NCBI GenBank assembly: GCA_963702425.1
Contig: CAVPCQ010000018.1
Location: forward strand, 155,901 to 219,900
Reading direction: 5' to 3'
Length of the DNA: 64,000 nucleotides
DNA from: an uncultured Acidobacteriota bacterium
GTDB taxonomy: Bacteria > Acidobacteriota > Polarisedimenticolia > J045
Every line of letters starts with the position of its first letter. Within the stretch, counting starts at the first letter, position 1. Positions 54,701 through 63,436 of this stretch are shown here, in pieces. Under the pieces are notes generated by a model. The model ran no database searches. It saw only the letters and a program-made list of their open reading frames with translations, and had not been told where the DNA came from. The position numbers and the translations under genes are program-made.

Positions 54701-54980
54701 GACGTCCCAGGCGGCCGCGGCCGGCCCCGGCACCGCCTACGACATCGTGACTGGATACGTCGCGGACCTGCTCGCGAGCCGCTCGTACGGCGCGGCGAGT
54801 TGTCTCGCGTCCGTTTGGCCCGCCCCGCCGTACGATGACTCGCGGACCGGACCGCCCGCGCGCGACAGCTTCTACTACCTCGCGCGAGCGAAGAACGGCT
54901 GCGGGACCGCGACGTACGGCAACTCGAGTTTGGATCCGGACCCGCGGGACGCGCTCGACGGGAATGCGCCCTGCCCCTAG
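51723..54980 (+). CDS. Secreted BNR/Asp-box propeller protein with conserved C-terminal domain
   Basis: Signal peptide; more than 10 Asp boxes (SDDTGRTW, STDGGANW, SADNGATW); ends PDPRDALDGNAPCP. Confidence 0.85.
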   Translation: MMTFQKRIHEGSCRIVTGLVVVLLLSGVMVLASEPPRRVSRSHAGNVPLLGLTFEPGPRAFPQPDRERADFGPDSRGQNFLDLPTPEISVGLLTGSLPSHDLAASVFGKTSGELVLLTHESYALKAAYSSNNGATFGGEKIVAGPDPPVIGFSATLAGDGKLYAAYLFGDSGGDVGIRFQRSDDTGRTWTAPVSLVKRGDATHGVSALYAIAANSSGRVAVIFDELWEGRHVYVMTSTDGGANWNGPVRVDATDDFNAGITGADVTVGSNGWVHAAFTQARGGMPQVWYARSKDGGVSFETERNLDFLLLGRPQPPLEPPAGSDLPDIEIANDGSVLLTLWDSWEADYVHLLRSSNGGDAFTLVVSAYMDASDTPAEPRIWVAPGTNTLLLGWVRWDGRLQVTRSADNGATWGLSRLLANAANTFAAVRTGGTKWAVAWEDRRNAGMRSTFTDIYVRVSTDDGSTFGAEQRADRDAAGASESRLAGLAACGADTFFASYLDRRPSPNSTNVWANRSAVSPFDLSSNERRVDADTWTDNALQYSDAAVTTDGADHVYVAYSSMPVGPWPDLYVAASADRGRTFSQAIRVSTSPPGTAEYTRPMLSAHPDGTVYAAYTRETATAFQLVVNRSRDFGRTWLATEKLIATPSTKDLALASVPGGKVYLAYEMGNNIHLARSSNYFDSFTDTDVDQNDTGYNERPKLCAQGDQVILVLHSPNVAITAWSVWGTVSADGGGTWSSSVQLRPEGIPGAADYLDLACDGTNAGVAVWSDNRSQGIKVYANRYDGSAWIGDVLVSDVPDAYVPRVAFYSGTTGVAVSYGDESSVWLSVSNDGGARWLITQRLDDAAPQPLAASAAPFTLSDRAGNIWVVWTDYSAGYPSVAVRWSGDGGESFGPVYRANREQPQGSRASVIDWFQFQPAAASPGVAHLAFAGERSSSALDTRINAYEANDMDRDGASAHTDCNDQDALSWGAPAEVAGLRVSRGTSAARLDWTSQAAAAGPGTAYDIVTGYVADLLASRSYGAASCLASVWPAPPYDDSRTGPPARDSFYYLARAKNGCGTATYGNSSLDPDPRDALDGNAPCP

Positions 54981-55251
54981 ATCCGTTCCCTGCTGGAGTC
55001 CGGTTCGAACGAGCGCGCCCTCACCCGGGGGCGCGCACGCCCTTCGTTGGGTCATCGAACTGGGCCAGGGCATTGAGATGCCGCGCGTTGCTCCGGAGCG
55101 AGATCTCGCGGTAGCGGAGGAGTGTGGCCACGCTCTAGCTCATGCGATGCCCGACCCGGCAGCCGGGGAACCGGCCGTGAAGCGGAAGCTCCTTGTGATC
55201 GGTCACGACCGAACCCAGGAACTGCCCGGAGAGCTTGCGCCCGAGGAGAGA

Positions 55252-55677
55252 TCAGCCGGCGATGTTCTGAGGCATGATCCGGAAGCCGTGCGCGCTGGCT
55301 TGCCCGACGACGCCTTGCCGCACGACCCTGATCGTCCCCGGATCAACCTTGGCGATCGTTCCGTTCCAGCCCCACTCAGGGTTGGCCGCGACGCCCACGA
55401 ACGTATCGCCGCCGAGCGTCCACGTCAGGCTCCCATCGAGCCTGATCACGAGGGTCTTGCCGCCGAAGGACGCGCTCGCAAGGACGATCGGGACCCACCT
55501 GCCCTCGATGAACCCATCGAAAACGGGCGACGCGGGGAAAGCGGCTTGGCTCAATTTCATCGTGCCCGTCTGGTTCGAGTCGTCCACCATCATTCTCGAG
55601 GCCGCGGCAGTGTCCGCGGAGTAATCCCAATCGAAGCTGTTCAACGATGGCCGAAGGATGATGATCGGTCCTGCCAT
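55252..55677 (-). CDS. Hypothetical beta-rich protein downstream of the kinase
   Basis: Strong RBS AAGGGGAGGAG; 141 aa ORF 24 nt after the kinase stop. Confidence 0.55.
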   Translation of the reverse strand: MAGPIIILRPSLNSFDWDYSADTAAASRMMVDDSNQTGTMKLSQAAFPASPVFDGFIEGRWVPIVLASASFGGKTLVIRLDGSLTWTLGGDTFVGVAANPEWGWNGTIAKVDPGTIRVVRQGVVGQASAHGFRIMPQNIAG

Positions 55678-55701
55678 GTCTCCTCCCCTTGGCGCCGGCG
55701 C

Positions 55702-58700
55702 TCAGCGCGCGGCAGCGAGCTGTGATTCCACTCTCCTGATGTCCCACCGCGCGGCGAAGGCCGTGCGGCGATCGTCCGGTACGCCGGCGAGCACGCGCTC
55801 GAGCGCGGTCCGCCCGCGCGCGACGAGAGTGTCGCTGTCGGCCGGGCGGTGTGGGAGCGTCGCGAGCACGCCCGCGGCGATCGCCGCCGGGAGCGGCATG
55901 CCGATCGATTCTGCCTCGTCGAGCGTGCGCCGCGCCTCCGCTTCCGCCTCCTTGGCCTCGCCCGCCTCGGCCAGCGCATCGGCGAGCCGGGCCCGCGCCA
56001 TCAGCCGCTCCGCCGCACTGGAGCGCAGCGCCGCCAGCGCCCGCCGGCCGAGCGCGACGGCCGCCGCGCCGTCCTTCCGGCCCGCCGCCGTTCGGGCGGC
56101 GCAGGCGTGGGCAAGGGCCGTCGCCTCACCGCCTACGACCCCCATCGCGGCGGAGTCGCGTGCGGCCGCTTCGAGAGCGTCGGTCGCCCGCGCGTCCGGA
56201 TGCTCGAGGGATGAGACCACGGCTCGAAAGAGGTCGACTCGGTGCACGACGTCCCGAAGCACGCCGTCGGCGGCCGAGTTCCCGGCGGCGATCGCCGCCG
56301 CCGCATCGAGGTCCCTTCGAGCTTCCTGAAACGCGCCCAGCTCGCCGAGCAGTCGACCGCGCTCGGCGATGCAGTAGCCTCGCACGGTTCGGTCGCGGCT
56401 CGGCACCGTCGTCGCCAGGCCGTCATCGATCGCGGCAAGCGCGGACCCCAGCCTCGACTGCGCGCGCAGCACGTCGACCTCGCCGAGCCGGGCCAACGCG
56501 TAGCGCTCGGACGTCGCGCGGCGCGGCTGGAGCAGGACGATCGCTTCTGCGTATGATTTCGCGGCGTCGCCGAGCTGTCCCAACTGGTAGTCGGCATCGG
56601 CCAGAAGCAGCAGCGCTGCCTCCTGACCGTCGTCGCGCTTCGCTTCCCGGGCAGAGGCGAGCGCCTCTTCCGCGAGCGCGCTTCCCTCGCCGACGCGTCC
56701 CGTGGCGTTGAGGAGGCTGGCGAGGCCGGTCTGCACGGGATAGCGGAACTCTGGGCGGGTCACCTCGCGGGACAGCGCGAGCGCCTCGCGCAGGAGGCGC
56801 TCTGCCTCGTCGAATCGGCCGGCCGCGAAGAGCATGGAGCCGAGATCATTGAGCCCGTCGATGACCAGCCCCGGGTGCCCCATGGTCCGGAGCGTCGGCA
56901 GCACCCTGCGGAGCCGCGTCTCGGCCGACCCGAACTGGCCCTGCATGCCCTCCTGGCCGGCAACGTTCTTCTCCGCCGTGGCCGCCCACGCGGGAAGGCC
57001 TCCCGCGCGGAACGACTCGACCGCCGCCTGAAAGGCGCGCGCCGCCTCCGCGTACCGGCCTCCGTCGTAGTGGAGCCGGCCTCGCTCCATCGCGACGCGC
57101 GCGGCGGCGATCGGGGATTGCAGCGGCGCGAACGTCTCCTCCGCCTCGTCGATCGCTCCCCCGGCCTCCGAGTACCGCTTCAGATCCCTCAGCGCCCGTC
57201 CTCGCTGCAGCTTGAGCCGGCCATCCCCGGCGTCGAATCCCTCCGCGCGCCTGACCGTCACGAGGGCCTCGTCGAAGCGGGCGGCGTCGGAATAGGCCGC
57301 GGCCAGCGCGGCGAGCCGCGCGGGATCGTCGGGCCGCGCGTCGGCGAGCGCCGTGCGGGCTTCGACCTCGCGTGCGCTGTCCTCGCGGATCCGGGCGTCG
57401 ACCGCCTCGAGCCCCCAGCGCTCTTCCTGGGTCGCCACTCTCCCGCGATCACCCAGCGCCGCGCGCACGAGGTCGGCCTCTGAACGCGCCCCGACGCCGT
57501 CTCCCGATTCGTAGAGCAGGTCCGCCAGCTCGAGGCGGGCGCGAAGAAAGCCCGGGCTCTCGGCCAGTGCTTGTTCGAGCAGGCGGATCCCCTCGGCGTA
57601 GTCGAATCGCGCGCGGGCCGCGCGGGCGCGGAACTCCAGCTCGCGGGCGGCGTCGCTGACGGATTCCGGCGCCGCGGCCGACATCGCGGCCGCTGCCGGC
57701 GGACCGGGCGCCAGCACCCCGAGCAGACGGATTGCCGCCAGGTCGGCGAGCGCGGCGGTGCTGGCGGCGCTGATCCGGAATGAGCTGATTACGTCTCCGC
57801 CGCCCTTCCGGCGCGTCTCGACCACGGCGTGGTAGAGGTCGCTCTCGCGCCAGAGGCTGCCGGACACGCTCCATCGCGCGCCCGTTGCGCGGGCGACCGT
57901 GCTGCGCGCCTCCTCGGATCCCAGCGCGCTGTCGAGCCCGGCCAGCACGTCCCGCATCCGCTCGGTGTCGGGAGCGCGCAGCGTCGTCGACTCGGAGATC
58001 CGGGCGGCGAGCAGGTCGGCCAGCATCTCCCCGCGCGTTCCATCGCCGGCGCCCGTCCGGTCCGCGAACGGCAGCACGGCAACGACAGCCCGGCCGGTCG
58101 GTTTCGAGCTCCACCACTGCCAGCCGAGCGCAGCGACGGCCAACGCGCTGATGACGGCCAGCGTGACCACCACGCGGCGCGAGCGCCGGACGACCTCCTC
58201 GGGGAAGGGCGCGATCGAGTCGCCCCGCGCGATCGCATGAAGGTCCGCCGCGACGTGCTCCGCCTTCTGATAGCGCCGCTCGGGCTCCTTGGCGAGCAGA
58301 CGGTGGATCACCTGGCGCAGCTGGGGCGAGGCGGAGATCGTCGGCGGCTCGCGTCCCGCCGAGGGCGGATCGTGCTCGATCGCGTGCGAGATCGCTTCGG
58401 GCGTGGCGCGACGGAAGGGCTGCTCGCCGCTCAGCATCTCCCACATCACGCTGCCGAGCGCGAAGAGATCAGAGCGCTCGTCGACCCGCCCGCCACGCAC
58501 CTGCTCCGGCGACATGTAGAGCAGCGTGCCGGCGTGCGCGAACTCGTCGGGCCCCACCGGGAGCGTGGGCGCGCTCGAGGACGTCGTCGGCGCCGTGCGC
58601 GGGGGGAGTTCGAGCGCGATTCCGAAGTCGGTCACCTTGAGGTGGCCGTCCCCTGTAAGGATCACGTTCCCGGGCTTGAGGTCGCGGTGGACCAGTCCGT

Positions 58701-59085
58701 GTTTGTGGATTGCGCCCAGCGCCTCGGCCATCTCGAGGGCGTGATGGGTCACGGCGTCGGCACTGAGCGGGCCTTCGCGCAACGCGTCAGCGAGCGACTT
58801 GCCGTCGAGGTACTCCATGACGAGGTAGAGGTCGTCGTCCTTCTCGACCACGTCGAAGACGCTCGCGACGAAGGAGTGGGAGATCCGCCCGGCGATGCGC
58901 GCCTCGCGCAGGAAGCGCCGCCGCGCCGCGGGATCGTCGGTGCCCCGGTGCTTGAGCACCTTGATTGCGACCCGCCGCTGCAGGCGTTCATCGTGCGCGC
59001 GGAAGACCTCCCCCATCCCGCCGCGACCGATCAGGGCGTCGATGCGGTAGGGACCAACTGTCTCTCCGACCAGCGGATGAGACAT
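55702..59085 (-). CDS. Hanks-type Ser/Thr kinase with TM, TolB_N-like and TPR domains
   Basis: GRGGMGEV, VAIK, HRDLKPGN, DFG, YMSPEQ, DLFALG; VVAVLPFAD; TPRs. Confidence 0.92.
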   Translation of the reverse strand: MSHPLVGETVGPYRIDALIGRGGMGEVFRAHDERLQRRVAIKVLKHRGTDDPAARRRFLREARIAGRISHSFVASVFDVVEKDDDLYLVMEYLDGKSLADALREGPLSADAVTHHALEMAEALGAIHKHGLVHRDLKPGNVILTGDGHLKVTDFGIALELPPRTAPTTSSSAPTLPVGPDEFAHAGTLLYMSPEQVRGGRVDERSDLFALGSVMWEMLSGEQPFRRATPEAISHAIEHDPPSAGREPPTISASPQLRQVIHRLLAKEPERRYQKAEHVAADLHAIARGDSIAPFPEEVVRRSRRVVVTLAVISALAVAALGWQWWSSKPTGRAVVAVLPFADRTGAGDGTRGEMLADLLAARISESTTLRAPDTERMRDVLAGLDSALGSEEARSTVARATGARWSVSGSLWRESDLYHAVVETRRKGGGDVISSFRISAASTAALADLAAIRLLGVLAPGPPAAAAMSAAAPESVSDAARELEFRARAARARFDYAEGIRLLEQALAESPGFLRARLELADLLYESGDGVGARSEADLVRAALGDRGRVATQEERWGLEAVDARIREDSAREVEARTALADARPDDPARLAALAAAYSDAARFDEALVTVRRAEGFDAGDGRLKLQRGRALRDLKRYSEAGGAIDEAEETFAPLQSPIAAARVAMERGRLHYDGGRYAEAARAFQAAVESFRAGGLPAWAATAEKNVAGQEGMQGQFGSAETRLRRVLPTLRTMGHPGLVIDGLNDLGSMLFAAGRFDEAERLLREALALSREVTRPEFRYPVQTGLASLLNATGRVGEGSALAEEALASAREAKRDDGQEAALLLLADADYQLGQLGDAAKSYAEAIVLLQPRRATSERYALARLGEVDVLRAQSRLGSALAAIDDGLATTVPSRDRTVRGYCIAERGRLLGELGAFQEARRDLDAAAAIAAGNSAADGVLRDVVHRVDLFRAVVSSLEHPDARATDALEAAARDSAAMGVVGGEATALAHACAARTAAGRKDGAAAVALGRRALAALRSSAAERLMARARLADALAEAGEAKEAEAEARRTLDEAESIGMPLPAAIAAGVLATLPHRPADSDTLVARGRTALERVLAGVPDDRRTAFAARWDIRRVESQLAAAR

Positions 59086-59373
59086 CCCATCCTCCCCCTT
59101 CACGCTGTGCGCCATTCTAGTCCCCCAAGCGCCCGAAAAGGGAAGCGTGGGCTGTCGAGGACGCAGGGGATCGCGGGCGACAGACGGTTCGAGGCCGTGA
59201 CGTCGCCGAAGAGACGGTCTGCATCCGGATGCCGGGGATGGACACCGCGTTCGTCAGTAGACGCCCAACCGAGCGCGGTCGTCTCGGAGGCGGGATCGAC
59301 GCGACCCCGGTTTCAGATGCCGTGCGACCGCGAGATCCCGCAGCTCGAGAAGGCGCTCGAGGCGCGCGGTTCA

Positions 59374-59512
59374 GGCGCCGGCAACGGCGATCGCCAGCTC
59401 GAAGTTGTGCGAGGCCGCGGTGAACGACAGCGTTGTGGCCTGGCCGTGGGTCACACCGACCTTCCTGCTCGTGTAGAAGGAGAGGAAGTACATCACCACG
59501 AAGCAGATGAGG
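59374..59512 (-). pseudogene. ACR3 arsenite transporter C-terminal fragment
   Basis: [10 protein letters not shown]...[19 protein letters not shown]. Confidence 0.65.
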
Positions 59513-59519
59513 ATCCGAT

Positions 59520-59650
59520 CTACACCGAGCGACTCAACGCAACACGGTTCATCGCGCTGCTCACGCGTTTCGTGCATCGACGGAGAGGCAAGGTGTTCGC
59601 GGTCCTTGACGGCCACCCGGCGCACCGGGCGGAAGCGGCGGCCCAGCATG
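59520..59650 (+). mobile_element. IS630-family transposase fragment
   Basis: [17 protein letters not shown]...[14 protein letters not shown] resembles the DDE_3 core. Confidence 0.55.
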
Positions 59651-59810
59651 TCCCTTCCACGCCCGAAGCGCAGCCTATGCCAGCGCCTGAGTAGTAGGTC
59701 CCACCGATCACGGCCGCCGCGCAGGTCCAATCGGAGCTTTGCGCGAGCGCGCCCGGGAACAGCGCCAGGACCGTCAACGCGATGAGCATCGCCTTGCGAT
59801 TCCTGCGCAT
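59650..59810 (-). pseudogene. Truncated paralogue of the 49180-50457 secreted protein
   Basis: [24 protein letters not shown] aligns with MQRNLKRTLLVLAIVALCPGVIAQ; similar RBS context. Confidence 0.5.
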
Positions 59811-59999
59811 GAGATCCCCCCCTCAGCCCGGGATGCGCCCTGCCGGAGTGGTCCTGCAAGGGAAGCGTTCCGAGCGGGGCGCTTGCGACGGCGGACCGTC
59901 CGCTCATCTCCCGCCAGGGCCACCCGCGGCAACGGTGCCCTCAGCGACACCCCCTATCTCGAGGAGCCGGGCTCGGAGCCCGGCCGTCCTGCGGGCGCG

Positions 60000-60415
60000 C
60001 GATCATTCCGTTTGCCGATGCGGGACGGTCGTGCGCCTGCGGACCCCACTCGCCGCGATCTGAACGCTACGCTCCCCGCGAGGAGTGACCCCCATGTCGG
60101 ACCCGGGCCGCCAGCATCTGCTGACCTACGCGGACTACGCCGCGCTCCCGACCTCTGCGTCGAGATCCTCTCGCCCGGCACGGAACGGATCGACCGGGCG
60201 CGCAAGCTCGATCTGTATGCGCGCTTCGGCGTGACGCACTACTGGATCGTCGATCTCGACGCGCGGACGATCGAGGAGTACGCCCTGGCCGTGGATGTCT
60301 ATCGCGTGCGGAGCATCACGGCGTACGACGCGCCGTTCCGGCCCGCGGCGCTGTCCGGGTTCGAGTTCCGGCTGAGCGTGGTGGGGCTGCCGGAAGGGCC
60401 TTGACGCGGCTTCGA
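60000..60415 (+). pseudogene. Uma2 copy 5 with out-of-frame internal deletion
   Basis: Leader and ATG at 60094 ([17 protein letters not shown]) joined to APDLCVEILS...; stop 60404. Confidence 0.8.
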
Positions 60416-60468
60416 ACCGATCAGGCATCGAGCGGCCCCGGCCTTCCGGCAGGCCTCGAGACGGGGAA

Positions 60469-60900
60469 CTACGGCTCCTGATCCGCCCGCTGCTGCTGCT
60501 CGACGACCGCGCGGATCTCAGCCTCGGTCCACACCTTCCCGCGCCCGACCCCCGGGCAGAAGGCCGCGACCTCGGCGTCCCACCTGCGCGCGTCCATGTT
60601 CTCCGGCCAGAAAGGCCAGGTGCGGCACTGCGTCGGGCGCGCCTCGTAGACTGCGCAGCGCGTCCCGTCGAGGAAGCGGCAGGCGGTTGCACCGGGCGGG
60701 TCGGCGAGGTGCCAGTGGCCTTCGGTCTTCGCGCAGTGACCGCGGCGGAACGCGGCTGGCGCCAGACCGAGATGCTCCGCCAGTCGGCGCCGGTCCCCGC
60801 GCGTCAGGTAGACGAAGCCGTACTCGCCGCGCGAGACGCAGCACCGGCCCGACCCGGTGCACTCGAAGCGGATTCCATCCGACCACCAGACCGGTTCCAT
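60469..60900 (-). CDS. YkgJ family Cys-cluster (CxxCxxCC-type) protein
   Basis: FECTGSGRCC, CRFL, CAVYEARPTQCRTWPFW, CPG. Confidence 0.85.
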   Translation of the reverse strand: MEPVWWSDGIRFECTGSGRCCVSRGEYGFVYLTRGDRRRLAEHLGLAPAAFRRGHCAKTEGHWHLADPPGATACRFLDGTRCAVYEARPTQCRTWPFWPENMDARRWDAEVAAFCPGVGRGKVWTEAEIRAVVEQQQRADQEP

Positions 60901-60978
60901 GCGGGCCCTCTCTTGCCGGGTTGCGCCGCAGCAGCGCGCGTCCTTGCCCCCGCGCCGGGCGGGGCGGATGATCATCGC

Positions 60979-61587
60979 ATGAGCCCCCTGCTGCCCGTTC
61001 TCGCGCTGCTGGCGGCGGTTGCCGGACCCGCGCAGACCCCGTCGGCGGCGAGCTCCGGCACGACCTCGCCCCCGGTCCTCGTCACCAAGGTCGATCCCGA
61101 GTACCCCGAGGCCGCGAGCCGCGCGTTCCGCACCGGGAAGGTGGTGCTGTCGTTCACGGTGCAGGTCTCGGGCGCCGTCACCGACATCGAGGTCGTGCAG
61201 TCGGCCGGCCCGGAACTCGACACCGCCGCGGTCCAGGCCGTTTCCCGCTGGCGCTACGAACCCGCGACCGAGGGCGGCGTGCCGACGCAGGCGCACGGGA
61301 CGGTCAGCATCCCCTTCTCGCTCGAGCTGGAAGGCCGCCTGCTCGACGCCGGGACCGACCGGGTGATCGTCCTGTTCGATCGCGGCACCCCCGGCCTGGC
61401 ACTTCCGCAGCGCGGCCAGGTGCTTCGGCTTCGCGCCGATCACCCGCAGGGCGAGCCGGCGGCGATCGGCTCGCTGTCGCTCGAGCGCCGCGTTCCGGGC
61501 GGGGATCGGCCGACCTACGAGGCCCGTCTGGAGGACGGCGGGCCGGTGCGGGCAGGAGACCTCGTCCGGGTCACGCTCGGACCGTAG
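60979..61587 (+). CDS. TonB C-terminal domain protein
   Basis: Signal; PEYPEAA...GKVVLSFTV...G.VTDIEVV...LDTAAVQAVSRWRYEPA. Confidence 0.75.
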   Translation: MSPLLPVLALLAAVAGPAQTPSAASSGTTSPPVLVTKVDPEYPEAASRAFRTGKVVLSFTVQVSGAVTDIEVVQSAGPELDTAAVQAVSRWRYEPATEGGVPTQAHGTVSIPFSLELEGRLLDAGTDRVIVLFDRGTPGLALPQRGQVLRLRADHPQGEPAAIGSLSLERRVPGGDRPTYEARLEDGGPVRAGDLVRVTLGP

Positions 61588-61611
61588 CCCCCGCCCCCGT
61601 CACCGCCCCGC

Positions 61612-62238
61612 TCAGCTCTCCTTGAACTTGATCCCGCAGCCGAGCGCTTTGGTCTCCTGCACGGCCGGGGTCTGGCCGGCGGCGACCGCGGTCAGCGCGT
61701 CCTTGAGCCAGCGCTTCTCGACCTTGTCTGCTTCCTTGACGTTGTCGTCGATCGTGCCGTGGTAGACCAGCTTCCCGCGCGCGTCGAACAGGAACGCCTC
61801 GGGCGTCTTCGACGCGCCGAACGCCTTCGCCACGACCGCGCCCTCGTCCACGGCGTACGGGAACTGCAGGCCCAGGTCCTTGGCCCGCGTCACCATCCCG
61901 CCGAAGTCGTCCTCCTCCGAGCGCGCGGGATCGTTGGAGTTGATCGCGATCACGCCGATCCCCTGCTTCGCGAAGCTGTTCCCCAGCTCGGTGATCCGCT
62001 TCTCCCAGGCTTTCACGTAGGGGCAATGATTGCAGGTGAAGATGACGAGCGTGCCCTTCGCGCCCTTCACCGAGTCGATCGTGAGCAGCTTCCCGTCGAC
62101 GCTCTTCATCGCGACCTTGTCGGATGGGATCGAAGCGCCGAGCCCGATGCTCTTCGGGGCATCCTGCGCGGGTGCGGGTGCCGCGGCGAGAACGGCGGCG
62201 GCGGCGGTGACGACGAGTGGCGCGACGAAACGGTTCAT
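61612..62238 (-). CDS. Exported thioredoxin-family (AhpC/TSA-like) protein
   Basis: FTCNHCPYV, AINSND, FGASKTPE, YHGTIDD, GCGIK. Confidence 0.85.
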   Translation of the reverse strand: MNRFVAPLVVTAAAAVLAAAPAPAQDAPKSIGLGASIPSDKVAMKSVDGKLLTIDSVKGAKGTLVIFTCNHCPYVKAWEKRITELGNSFAKQGIGVIAINSNDPARSEEDDFGGMVTRAKDLGLQFPYAVDEGAVVAKAFGASKTPEAFLFDARGKLVYHGTIDDNVKEADKVEKRWLKDALTAVAAGQTPAVQETKALGCGIKFKES

Positions 62239-62261
62239 CTCGAATCCTCCGTGGTGATCGT

Positions 62262-62789
62262 TCACTTCAGAAGCGGCGCAACCTTGGCTTCGAGCGCCGC
62301 GTAGCTTTGCTTGCCTTCCCAGAACTGGACGACCGCCCCGCGGTCGTCGAAGACGAAACTCGCGGGGAGCGCACCCGACCAGCGCGGGTCGAGGCCGTCG
62401 ATGAACGCCTCGTCCTTCTGGTCCTTCAGGTACGAGGGGAACGACACCCCCTGCCGTTTCAGAAACGCGATGACAGGTTCCCGCTGCTCCTCGAAGTCGG
62501 CGGAGACCAGCACCAGTCGGAGGCCGCGGTCCTGGTACGCCCGATGGAGCCGCACGAGGTCCGGGAACTCCTCGACGCAGGGCTGGCACCAGGTGGCCCA
62601 GACGTTCACCAGTACGGCCCGGGCCCCGGGCGCGCGGACCGCTTCGAGAACCTGGGCGGCGCTCGCGGGCAGCAGGGTCGGTTCGGTGGTGGGCGGCCGC
62701 GGCGGCACGCCGCATCCGGCCGCCAGCGCAGCCAGCAGGCTGACTGCCGTACCCAGCGCGATTAGCCTCGCAACGCCGTGCCGTTCCAC
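62262..62789 (-). CDS. TlpA-family disulfide reductase lipoprotein
   Basis: Lipobox AAGC; VNVWATWCQPCVEEFP, WSGALPAS; start approximate. Confidence 0.85.
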   Translation of the reverse strand: MERHGVARLIALGTAVSLLAALAAGCGVPPRPPTTEPTLLPASAAQVLEAVRAPGARAVLVNVWATWCQPCVEEFPDLVRLHRAYQDRGLRLVLVSADFEEQREPVIAFLKRQGVSFPSYLKDQKDEAFIDGLDPRWSGALPASFVFDDRGAVVQFWEGKQSYAALEAKVAPLLK

Positions 62790-63044
62790 CACTTGTCGTC
62801 CTCGGGGGGCGGAGATCCGCCACCGGGTCGGACATGGTGAGGGACGCCGGGAGGGTCCGCCAGCGAGGCCGGAAGGGTCTCCGGGCAAGGCCGGTGAAAA
62901 AGTCCCCGGCGGGGCCGCGATCGCCGGGCCGGCCGGCCGCCAGGAGCGGGACCCCCCCCGTGCGCCCGACATCCGAACGGTCAATCGGCCCGGGTGCCCG
63001 AATGACATTCGGCGTTTTGCCGCCCGGACAAGATACTAGATGCT

Positions 63045-63074
63045 TTGACAGCCCTGCTTCCGCCTCGCTACAAT
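63045..63074 (+). promoter_or_regulatory. Sigma70 promoter
   Basis: TTGACA-18-TACAAT upstream of the ferredoxin/vor operon. Confidence 0.7.
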
Positions 63075-63144
63075 GCCGTTAGCTTACCCGTAAGAAACCC
63101 TTCCGAAACCCCCGCCGCGGAAGCTCTTTCCGTCGGAGATCGAC

Positions 63145-63384
63145 ATGGCTGGCGAGAAGATCGACAAGGGTCGCGTCGAGATCGGTGCGGACGAGTGCAA
63201 GGGCTGCCTGCTCTGTGTCAGCGTCTGCCCGGCCCACGTGCTGGTCGCGACCAAGGCGCTCAACAAGCAGGGCTATCACCCCGTCGCCTACACCGGCGCG
63301 GGGTGCACCGGCTGTGGTTTCTGCTTCTACGCCTGCCCGGAGCCGGGGGCGATCACCGTCTTCAAGCTCGTCAAGACGGCCTGA
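63145..63384 (+). CDS. 2x[4Fe-4S] ferredoxin, delta subunit of 2-oxoacid:ferredoxin oxidoreductase
   Basis: [12 protein letters not shown] and [13 protein letters not shown]. Confidence 0.9.
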   Translation: MAGEKIDKGRVEIGADECKGCLLCVSVCPAHVLVATKALNKQGYHPVAYTGAGCTGCGFCFYACPEPGAITVFKLVKTA

Positions 63385-63436
63385 CCGGCCGCGAGGTCCG
63401 CTCCGCGGGCACTCCGCGGCGCGCGGGGGTGCACCC

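Noticed and set aside
59520-59810. 96-aa Cys-rich secreted peptide (RiPP-like)
   Set aside because: Its 3' half is the antisense of an IS630 fragment; better explained as a truncated paralogue reading into foreign DNA
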